A stretch of 54,019 nucleotides of DNA, taken from the IMG/VR virus record IMGVR_UViG_3300038317_000315, positions 1 through 54,019 of that record, one strand, 5' to 3'. The DNA is from a virus. Taxonomy: Duplodnaviria > Caudoviricetes. The position numbers were made by a program, and so were the translations under genes. Of this stretch, positions 46,559-54,019 are shown one piece after another. The notes beneath the pieces are model-generated. The model was not told the DNA's origin and searched no databases. It saw nothing but the letters and a program-made list of their open reading frames with translations. How positions within the stretch are numbered: the stretch's first letter is position 1; each line of letters begins with the position of its first letter.

Positions 46559-46921
46559 TCAATACATTACATTCATTTGATTTTCCATTGCAACCCTGAC
46601 TGCCTTTATTGCATTTTCACGACCTTTAAGGCTGCTTATATAATCCACCAGTTCGTTTTTTGATTCGGCTATATAGTAACCGTTGCTCGTTGCCATCAAC
46701 CCGATAACTAAATTTTTTACCCGGATGTGATTAATGATTTTTCTAAGCCTTGCACCATCAATTAGATAACCTTGTTTTTTCAAGCATCTACAGATGTGTG
46801 AATTTGTAACGGCATTTTCTTTACCTACCTTGTATGTCAATCCTAAGATCACTACAGGAAGTAATTCATTTTGCTCATACTCATTAAGTATCTCTGTCTG
46901 TTGTTCAAATCCTTTCAGCAT
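46559..46921 (-). CDS. Winged-helix DNA-binding protein
   Basis: GKENAVT...ARLRKIINHIR...ATSNGYYIA. Confidence 0.65.
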   Translation of the reverse strand: MLKGFEQQTEILNEYEQNELLPVVILGLTYKVGKENAVTNSHICRCLKKQGYLIDGARLRKIINHIRVKNLVIGLMATSNGYYIAESKNELVDYISSLKGRENAIKAVRVAMENQMNVMY

Positions 46922-46933
46922 AACTCTATCGTT

Positions 46934-47695
46934 TTAAAATGGTGTTCTACCAAAATTTAATGTCATTCCTTTTTCAGCTACATTCACAACCTTACCGGTT
47001 AAATCCTGAACTCCTTTTTTGAACTCATATGCATTACTATTTGCACTTGAAAGATGGATCAGCACGATATTGTGAACTGCTGTCAGATCATTCGCTTTAA
47101 GCGTTTTTATGCATGTGTCGTAACTCATGTGTGACTGAATAGTCCTTTTGAGTAGAAAAGGCTGTATATTCCCTTTCATCATGTTGTTCTGTAGAATATC
47201 ATCCCTGTAATTACATTCTATCATGATATTGTTAAGTCCTTGGAACTTATATTTCAGATAATAGGTATCAGTTGCAAATAACGTTGTACCCATTTCAGGG
47301 TGATAAATCAAGAATCCTAACGGTTCAGCACAATCATGTTGCACGTCAAAGGGAATTACCCGGAATGCACCGATTGTATTTTGCACTCCTTTTTGCAGTT
47401 CATTAATCATGCTACTACCTCTGTATCTATCAATCTTCATTTTTTGAGATAGTGCTTCAAACGTACCCTTTGATCCGTACACCTTAATACGTGCGTCCAT
47501 GAAGTCAATTGCGTATGCGCTGTGATCCATGTGTTCATGTGAAATCAAGCATCCATTGATGCGTGAAATATCAAAATCTATCGCTTGTTTCACTTCTTTA
47601 AATCGAACACCAGCCTCGATAACAAGGGCATCAGTGCCATTGTCAAGTATGTAGCAATTGCCGGCTGAACCGCTATTTAGGATTCCTAATTTCAT
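46934..47695 (-). CDS. MBL-fold metallo-hydrolase
   Basis: SGSAGNCY, ISHEHMDHS, HDCAEP, ATDT, IECNY, LIHLS; probable start 47695. Confidence 0.9.
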   Translation of the reverse strand: MKLGILNSGSAGNCYILDNGTDALVIEAGVRFKEVKQAIDFDISRINGCLISHEHMDHSAYAIDFMDARIKVYGSKGTFEALSQKMKIDRYRGSSMINELQKGVQNTIGAFRVIPFDVQHDCAEPLGFLIYHPEMGTTLFATDTYYLKYKFQGLNNIMIECNYRDDILQNNMMKGNIQPFLLKRTIQSHMSYDTCIKTLKANDLTAVHNIVLIHLSSANSNAYEFKKGVQDLTGKVVNVAEKGMTLNFGRTPF

Positions 47696-47895
47696 TTTTC
47701 TACTTTTACTGAGTAATAGAATTTCCCGTTTATCATCATCCTTAATTGCCAACCCAAAAAGAAAGATGCGGGTCTGACAAAATATCTATCTCTGGCTTTC
47801 CAAATAACAGACTTCTGTTCAAGTGCAAGCCTTTGAATTTCTCTTAGGTCTGTTATTTGTTCGCCTTTGTATATGTTCTTGCTTACCTTTTCCAT
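47692..47895 (-). CDS. Hypothetical protein
   Basis: Coupled between recT and the MBL gene. Confidence 0.6.
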   Translation of the reverse strand: MEKVSKNIYKGEQITDLREIQRLALEQKSVIWKARDRYFVRPASFFLGWQLRMMINGKFYYSVKVEK

Positions 47896-48839
47896 TAGAA
47901 ACCGGGCATTGTTTGTTGACCTGCTTTTTGAGCCTGTTTAGGTTGTTTTTCAGGCTCTGCCTGAGGACCTTCATTTGCTTCATCAGCTTCTTTTATTTCA
48001 CCTGTCTCAGGATCTACAATATCACTTGCCTCAGTTGAATGAGTTATTTGCTCATCTACCAAATCCACAAATGAGATTTCCTCAATATTTGAGTTTTGAT
48101 CTATTTCCCTTTGAACCGGGTTAAGATCATCATTCTCATCACCAGAATACAATACGCTATCATCTGAACCTCTGATAAGTAGCTTACAGGCTCGGTTAAT
48201 AACTGTTTTCATTGCCATCTGATCCGGGAAGTTTTTATGAGCGGGTGAATTCCCTTTCATGGCTCCCTGATTCCATGCATCCCGAATCTGAACCATTGAC
48301 ATTACCTCAACATCTGTTGTTCCATCTTCAAGCTGATAAATGGCATAGGCTCCCTTTAGATTTTTGCTGCCAATTGATTCAAGGCTTTGAATATGCTTTA
48401 CAATTTTTTTGCAACCTGTTTCCGCATCTACATGAAATTCAAATTCATCTTTTTCAAAAATGGCATTTGCTTTAATCCATTTCAGATTTCCGTATCTCTT
48501 AGCTAAAACTATATTTCCAGTGTACTCAGGAGTACATTCCAGTTTATCCCCATAAGGGATAAAATCACACTGTTTTTTAAGTGGAGATAAACCCCACACT
48601 ACCATTTTCAAAAGTGCGTTTGCAACGCTTTCCTTGGTACACTTTGCCAGTAAGTTGCTACGTGGATCTGTAAGAACTAAATAGGCACTCTTCAATGCAT
48701 TTTCAGGGCTATAATCCTTTGGGATCCTGAGTTCACCTGATTTTTGAAATGTATCGACTTTTGCCAATACCTGAGCGGAAATATCCTTTTTCACTAATTC
48801 CACGCTCTGAGTTGTTTGTTGAGTTGTAGTAGTTGACAT
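47895..48839 (-). CDS. recT: RecT-family ssDNA annealing protein
   Basis: CTKESVANALLKMVVWGLSP.KKQCDFIPYG; FPDQMAMKTVINRACK. Confidence 0.88.
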   Translation of the reverse strand: MSTTTTQQTTQSVELVKKDISAQVLAKVDTFQKSGELRIPKDYSPENALKSAYLVLTDPRSNLLAKCTKESVANALLKMVVWGLSPLKKQCDFIPYGDKLECTPEYTGNIVLAKRYGNLKWIKANAIFEKDEFEFHVDAETGCKKIVKHIQSLESIGSKNLKGAYAIYQLEDGTTDVEVMSMVQIRDAWNQGAMKGNSPAHKNFPDQMAMKTVINRACKLLIRGSDDSVLYSGDENDDLNPVQREIDQNSNIEEISFVDLVDEQITHSTEASDIVDPETGEIKEADEANEGPQAEPEKQPKQAQKAGQQTMPGF

Positions 48840-48844
48840 AAAAT

Positions 48845-50809
48845 TTAATTTTTAATTGTTAATTTATCCTCTGAAACTTTCAGGTTTATAATTTGTGCAT
48901 CCGTATCTATAATTTTATTTACAGATTCTCTGTTATCTAAAAATATTGGTGCAATAACACCGTAATGTTTTGATAGCGCATTGATAATATCAAGCCCGGC
49001 ATTGAGTTGTCCTGCTGTATTTGCTGCTGGGAAAGGAACACCGTTTACAAGCGGAATGCAAGTTTCATTCTCAGTGTTATCCTCAATTGTATAGGAGAAA
49101 AGTTTAAATGTCACGAAACTGAAAAGTCCATTGATCCGGGAATCAACATCATCTACTTTTGTTTTTGTGAAAGCTTTGATTGTCAACTCGATGTTCTGAT
49201 AATCAGCAATCAATTGTGATAGATCCTTTGCCTCTTTTTCAAGTCTTTCAATCTCAGCCTTTTTCTCACTGATTATTTGCCTTGTATGCAATTGTTCTTT
49301 TAGGCTGTCTATTTCACTTACAATCTCAGCTTTTTGATTCTTTAACTCTGAATCATCAACCGCCTCAGGTGTAAAATTCTTTATATTTTCTTCAAATGCA
49401 GAAATCTTTTCTGTAAGTTTTACGTAATCCGGGATAGTTTGGGGATCCACTTCTACAAAGTCAACAAATGTGATTTTGCTCAACTTGTTTTCAAGTAGAA
49501 TCTTTTCTTCATTTAGTTCATCAATTTTGATTTGATTCTCTTTGATCTGATCCTCACACTTTGCGATTTTTTCTTTTGCCTCAGCGATATTTGTATTGAT
49601 CTGAGTACCTTTCATGGTAATCTCATTCAACTTATTTGCTTTGCTATCCTGAAAGATCTGTTTAGCTTTATCCATCATTTTAACAGGCAAAGGCTGTCCA
49701 CAATGATTACAATCAGTTTCACCGTTATACTCTTTAGCATTCTCAGCAAACCATTGATTCCTCAGATCATCAGCCTTTAGTGTTTCCCTGTTTATATAAT
49801 CCTGATATGCTTTAATATCATTATTAAGGTATTTGATCTGATCCTCAATACTCCGTATCTTCATATCAATGCTTACTATATCAGTGGCAACATTTTTGCG
49901 ATCCTGATTTGCATTGTTAACACGATCCCTCTCAGATTGATTTGCATCAAATAAAAGCTGCTGTCTCTCTTGTTTCAGACTGTTTACAACCCTTTGTTTT
50001 TCTTGAATATCTTTGAACTTAAGTTTCTCAGCTTCATGCTTTGAGTAGATGGCATTGTCAATTTCGGTGATCCGATTTTGTTTGGCTTTGATCAGATCCT
50101 CTATAGCTGTAAAATCAAGTGCATCAGGCATCCTTTTATTTTCCTGATCAATGCGAGGCTGAACATCCCTTAATTGCTCCTTTGCTTTGTTTATTTTAGA
50201 GACTATCTCTTTTCTGTAGTCTCTTAATGATTTACCGGAAATAGAATCCAAAAGGGCTTTAAATGCTTCATTTTTATCAGCGATCTCATCATCTGACAAA
50301 CACCCGGCTATCTGAAACAGTTGCTCTCTTTGTTGTTCCCAGCCCATGTTTGCAAAAAATAAAGGATTTGTGATCATCTTAAATACAGTTGAATCAATAA
50401 TTTCATTGATCTTTCTGTCATAATCAGTCACATTCATAGGAACTTCATTAAAAGTCGTAACCGTTTTATTCCCTTTGAATTTTTCCTCAGCTATACCTTT
50501 ATCTTTACTCCATCTCTCAACTAATTGTCGCCTTAGCGTTATGATCTCACCGTTTATTTCCAATACACCAGTTACAGACACCTCTGTTTTTGGAACTGAT
50601 TCGCCATTTATAAGTCGTTTGACCTCATAATCTTTGCGATCCTGAACGTCTTTCCCAAAAAGCAACCACATAAAAGCATCAAAGATTGTTGATTTCCCGG
50701 TACCATTGTCTCCGGAAATGAATGTTTGCTTTTCATTGAAAACCACCTTTTTATCGGAAAACTGTTTAAAGTTTTCAAGGTGTAGGCTCTTTAAAATGAT
50801 CTTTTTCAT
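48845..50809 (-). CDS. SMC/Rad50-like AAA ATPase
   Basis: Walker A GDNGTGKST, coiled coils, CNHCGQ zinc hook, PIFLDNRESV. Confidence 0.9.
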   Translation of the reverse strand: MKKIILKSLHLENFKQFSDKKVVFNEKQTFISGDNGTGKSTIFDAFMWLLFGKDVQDRKDYEVKRLINGESVPKTEVSVTGVLEINGEIITLRRQLVERWSKDKGIAEEKFKGNKTVTTFNEVPMNVTDYDRKINEIIDSTVFKMITNPLFFANMGWEQQREQLFQIAGCLSDDEIADKNEAFKALLDSISGKSLRDYRKEIVSKINKAKEQLRDVQPRIDQENKRMPDALDFTAIEDLIKAKQNRITEIDNAIYSKHEAEKLKFKDIQEKQRVVNSLKQERQQLLFDANQSERDRVNNANQDRKNVATDIVSIDMKIRSIEDQIKYLNNDIKAYQDYINRETLKADDLRNQWFAENAKEYNGETDCNHCGQPLPVKMMDKAKQIFQDSKANKLNEITMKGTQINTNIAEAKEKIAKCEDQIKENQIKIDELNEEKILLENKLSKITFVDFVEVDPQTIPDYVKLTEKISAFEENIKNFTPEAVDDSELKNQKAEIVSEIDSLKEQLHTRQIISEKKAEIERLEKEAKDLSQLIADYQNIELTIKAFTKTKVDDVDSRINGLFSFVTFKLFSYTIEDNTENETCIPLVNGVPFPAANTAGQLNAGLDIINALSKHYGVIAPIFLDNRESVNKIIDTDAQIINLKVSEDKLTIKN

Positions 50810-50820
50810 TTTGAGTAATT

Positions 50821-51102
50821 TTATTTGTTAATTATTTTGTTAAGTCTCTCAGCTTTTTCTACAGAAATTAATTCAGCTTTTGAATAAAGGATCTTTGACT
50901 GTTTGCTTTTACCACTTCTGGTTTTAGTGATAATCCCATCTTTTACCCATCTCTTTACACGTGCCTCTCCGAAGTGCTGATAAGCTTCTCTTTGTGAAAG
51001 ATTATCATTTGCCGGGGAAAGTGTTTTTGCGTAATTCGCGGCTCCCAACTCAGCCATATCCTGGCATATATTTTTTATCTCGTATAATTGGAGGGTTATC
51101 AT
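50821..51102 (-). CDS. Excisionase-like HTH protein
   Basis: LSQREAY..FGEARVKRWVKDGII...ILYSKAEL; probable start 51102. Confidence 0.6.
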   Translation of the reverse strand: MITLQLYEIKNICQDMAELGAANYAKTLSPANDNLSQREAYQHFGEARVKRWVKDGIITKTRSGKSKQSKILYSKAELISVEKAERLNKIINK

Positions 51103-51323
51103 GTGAACTGTTTTAATAATTGTGCATCCTGATAATATTCCTGTAATTTTCTGTGGTATATTGCAATGTCTGTAATTACTAAAGAGTTGCATAGCTCACT
51201 ATCCTTAATCACTGTAAGTATGTTTTCTGTTATATGATATGAAACTTTGATGCGATCTGACATTACATGAATTATCAGATTGGCTTCTATATCATAGACT
51301 ATTGACCATCTGAATGCTTTCAT
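51099..51323 (-). CDS. Hypothetical protein
   Basis: ATGA-coupled on both sides. Confidence 0.55.
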   Translation of the reverse strand: MKAFRWSIVYDIEANLIIHVMSDRIKVSYHITENILTVIKDSELCNSLVITDIAIYHRKLQEYYQDAQLLKQFT

Positions 51324-51547
51324 ATCACATCATCAAAAAGTTGACTTTCAGGTATATTCAGATGCTTCGATAGTATTACTCTATCCTGCTTGTCAGGTTT
51401 TTGAGTTCCGGCTATCCAGCATCTTACTGTTTTCTCAGATTTATAGCATAGTTTTGCGATTTCTCTCACGAATTTTGTTTTCGGTGCTATTTCTGCTTTT
51501 CTTGGTAAAGCATCATAATGAGCCTTAAACTGATTTATTTTCTCCAT
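51320..51547 (-). CDS. Cro-like HTH regulator
   Basis: IAKLCYKSEKTVRCWIAGTQKPD; divergent from the repressor. Confidence 0.8.
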   Translation of the reverse strand: MEKINQFKAHYDALPRKAEIAPKTKFVREIAKLCYKSEKTVRCWIAGTQKPDKQDRVILSKHLNIPESQLFDDVI

Positions 51548-51570
51548 TTTACAGATATATTTAAAATGTT

Positions 51571-51661
51571 TGTATATATTTGCGACGTAATGTATATTAT
51601 TACGCTACAAATATACAGAATTATTTTCTGTAATAGCAATAAATACCGATATTATTTCTGT
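51571..51661. promoter_or_regulatory. Lysis-lysogeny switch: face-to-face -7 boxes and two candidate operators
   Basis: Plus TATATTTG 51575-51582; minus TATATTTG 51608-51615; ACAGAA-N5-TTCTGT at 51615-51631 and a variant at 51645-51661. Confidence 0.65.
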
Positions 51662-51727
51662 GCTTAAATAGTTAAATAATGTTACATTGCACAATATTAG
51701 ACACTTAACAAATAAAATTAAAAACAA

Positions 51728-52471
51728 ATGACTGGGGTGAAAGAAAGAGTTCTTGAATTCTTGAACTACCTCCAATTATCACAGGGCAAGTTTGAAGAAG
51801 CTGTAGGATTAAGCAACGGTTTTGTAAATAACATTGGTGATACAATTAGGGAAAGTTCAATAAAAAAGATTAAAAATCGGTACCCGGATCTAAATGAAGT
51901 CTGGTTAAAAACAGGATCCGAAAAAATGCTGATAAGTGAAACTGAAAAAATTGATTATGAAACTGAGGACTATGTAAAGATTATTGACACTCAGGAAATG
52001 TATGAAAAAGCAATTAAAATGGGAATGCATCTAATACCTGAAAAAAATGTATTCTTCCAAGGAGGCTCCGAAATTGCAGTCAACGATGAAACAGAGTACA
52101 TAACACGCTATTGGCACATTCCCGATTCTGAGGATTGTACTACTGTGATAACAATGAGTGGCAATTCAATGGGGCATGTTGTGCCAAATGGCACTAAATT
52201 AGCTTTAAAACCATTGGGATGGGATCCAAACTATCCAAATGAAATACCGTTCGGTTCAATCTTTGCAATTATGGTTGAGGATCGCACAACAGGAATATAT
52301 CATGGACATATAAAGTATCTAAGGAGACATCCGGATCCGGAACGCTGTAACTCATGTTGGATTGCAAGAAGTGAGGATAAAGTTAACTATGATGATTTTG
52401 AAATAGACATTTCGCTTGTACGTGGTCTATGGATTGTTAAGGAATACATGATTAAAACAACTGTTCTGTAA
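51728..52471 (+). CDS. CI-like repressor (HTH + S24 peptidase-like domain)
   Basis: LSQGKFEEAVGLSNGFV...LNEVWLKTG; MSGNSMG and HIKYL in the C-terminal domain. Confidence 0.85.
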   Translation: MTGVKERVLEFLNYLQLSQGKFEEAVGLSNGFVNNIGDTIRESSIKKIKNRYPDLNEVWLKTGSEKMLISETEKIDYETEDYVKIIDTQEMYEKAIKMGMHLIPEKNVFFQGGSEIAVNDETEYITRYWHIPDSEDCTTVITMSGNSMGHVVPNGTKLALKPLGWDPNYPNEIPFGSIFAIMVEDRTTGIYHGHIKYLRRHPDPERCNSCWIARSEDKVNYDDFEIDISLVRGLWIVKEYMIKTTVL

Positions 52472-52728
52472 TGGATCAAAATATTACAAGGATGGAAATA
52501 ATTGAAAGGTTTTATGAAGCTTTTGATGCTGTCTTAGCAATGAAGAGGTTTAGAGGTGTTCAGACATTTTGTAATATGTATGATATTGACAAACGAAACT
52601 TTTATGCTCAAAGGAAAGATCTGAGTAGAGGATGGTTTAAGGTATCATGGTTACAACCGCTTGTTAAGGAATACGGTGTGAGTGCTGACTGGTTAGTTAC
52701 AGGACGTGGAAAGATGTTCACAAATTAG
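52471..52728 (+). CDS. HTH-like protein co-transcribed with the repressor
   Basis: GVQTFCNMYDIDKRNF...YGVSADWLVTGRGKMF. Confidence 0.75.
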   Translation: MDQNITRMEIIERFYEAFDAVLAMKRFRGVQTFCNMYDIDKRNFYAQRKDLSRGWFKVSWLQPLVKEYGVSADWLVTGRGKMFTN

Positions 52729-54019
52729 GCTTAAACACATAATCTAAAGTTGCCCTGTTTGCTTTATCAATCTGCGACCAGTCACGCTTAAGGTATATAT
52801 CAGTTGCTTTCATATCATCATCAACATGATTTAAGGCTTCATGTACGGTATATTTATCTATACCTACATTATTGCGTGTTATGGTTGCCCATGTATGGCG
52901 TGCTGAATAGAATTTCAAGCCTTTAACCCCAATCGCTTCACCTACTTTTTTTAAGCCGGTGTAAAACACTTTGCCTTTTTTGTTTTTTCGGCTCAAACCA
53001 TTCACTGCTGCTGTAAATGTATCTACAGATGAGTACATTTTATAAAAGTTAAAAACACGCTGTTTGGCTGGATCACTATATTTATTAATGAGGGGCAAAA
53101 CCTCCGGTTCAACTTTTACAGAGAATAATCCCATATCTTCCCTACGGTTTTTCACCTTCGTTCTGTAATATGTGATCCTACCCTTTGAATAGTTAGTGCA
53201 ATTATAAAGATCTGCTATGTTCATACCGATCAACATAAAACTAAGCATGAACACGTCTTTTGCTAAATTAAATTTATTGTTTCCAGGATAATCTGATTCC
53301 GTATATGGTAGATTATGTATTGCCCTGAGATCCTCAACTGATAGATCAATATCAATCTTACCGGGTAATTCAGGGATCCTTGCTTTTTTGAATGGAGACA
53401 ATGGGATCTTTATATCACCTATATCCTCATTATTATATTCATCTTTGGCTAAATTATGTAGTGATCTGATTGTTTCAGGATAAAGCGATTCAGCTCTACC
53501 CCCTTTTACTCTATTCGATGGACGTTCCCGGATCCATTTGATCCAGTCGTTGACAAATCGTGTTGTGATCTCATTTATATCCAGTGAATCACGACCTACG
53601 AACTTTTCTAAATTATTTAATGCAACCTTATATACTTTTGAATTACCGGATATGTTTTGCTCCTCCAAACTCTCAATATATTTTTTCCCATATTCTATAA
53701 AATTAAGCCTGAAAGCCTTGTTTGTCTCCTCTCTCCCCTCAATAATATCTAATACAAGTTCTATAACCTGATCCACATCTAAATCACCCATCCGGGATGC
53801 ATTGTCATTGCACCTGGTTCTACATTTTTTCAGAATCTCATCCAGTGCATCAATATACATCTGATTCTTAATTTTCATGGATTTTGTGAGATCATCTTTT
53901 GAAAGGAAATAATTTGTAGCCGGATAACGCTTTTTTCCTTTGTGGTACACATAGATTAATACATTACGTGTGTTATCATCTTTGAGGTATGATGAAACAA
54001 TAGCTTTAAATGTAGCCAT
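52718..54019 (-). CDS. int: Tyrosine integrase (Bacteroidota type)
   Basis: Arm-binding N-terminus, SAM-like domain, GMNIADL, YSARHTWAT, ALNH, TDIY. Confidence 0.93.
   Translation of the reverse strand: MATFKAIVSSYLKDDNTRNVLIYVYHKGKKRYPATNYFLSKDDLTKSMKIKNQMYIDALDEILKKCRTRCNDNASRMGDLDVDQVIELVLDIIEGREETNKAFRLNFIEYGKKYIESLEEQNISGNSKVYKVALNNLEKFVGRDSLDINEITTRFVNDWIKWIRERPSNRVKGGRAESLYPETIRSLHNLAKDEYNNEDIGDIKIPLSPFKKARIPELPGKIDIDLSVEDLRAIHNLPYTESDYPGNNKFNLAKDVFMLSFMLIGMNIADLYNCTNYSKGRITYYRTKVKNRREDMGLFSVKVEPEVLPLINKYSDPAKQRVFNFYKMYSSVDTFTAAVNGLSRKNKKGKVFYTGLKKVGEAIGVKGLKFYSARHTWATITRNNVGIDKYTVHEALNHVDDDMKATDIYLKRDWSQIDKANRATLDYVFKPNL

Larger units (their letters stand above)
1..54019. mobile_element. 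Temperate siphovirus prophage (Bacteroidota host inferred) carrying a DGR
   Basis: Integrase, repressor, replication, terminase, portal, capsid, tape measure, tail and lysis modules in phage order; att sites lie outside the window. Confidence 0.95.

Noticed and set aside
52718-54019. attL/attR sites, and integrase inactivation suggested by GMN in place of the first catalytic Arg
   Set aside because: The window ends at gene boundaries so att cannot be seen; GMNxxDL variants are common in Bacteroidota integrases and the other motifs are intact
1-54019. Additional (third) VR copies
   Set aside because: The invariant TR words (CAAGGCACCGAACCAC, CGAACCCCGC) were seen only at TR, VR1 and VR2 by eye; a BLASTN-short search would be needed to exclude degenerate copies

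Overview
A ~54 kb, AT-rich, apparently near-complete temperate siphovirus prophage. A Bacteroidota host is inferred from TAnnTTTG -7 promoters and Bacteroidales-type gene families. The window is trimmed at gene boundaries, so no att sites are visible. Right to left on the minus strand it holds a tyrosine integrase, a cI/cro-like switch, recombination/replication genes (SMC-like ATPase, RecT, MBL hydrolase, initiator with internal repeats), a ParB-DUF4417/metalloprotease/PLD-like cluster, terminase, portal, MuF-like protein, a + strand accessory island (adenine MTase, lipoprotein, antirepressor), capsid, tail, a diversity-generating retroelement (DGR) and lysis genes. The main result is that the DGR template repeat (4175-4297) has two targets. 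One is the adjacent late-region protein (VR1 4365-4487, 17 mismatches, all at TR adenines). The other is a small early-region protein 41 kb away (VR2 45439-45557, 18 mismatches, all at TR adenines), in which the VR is not C-terminal. Also found: a C4/CI-like antisense RNA attenuator before the antirepressor, a 5-copy late-operon palindrome, a 4-copy candidate repressor operator, face-to-face cI/cro promoters and a -1 frameshift tail chaperone. All alignments and counts were done by eye. Protein family calls come from motif recognition and synteny, not database searches.
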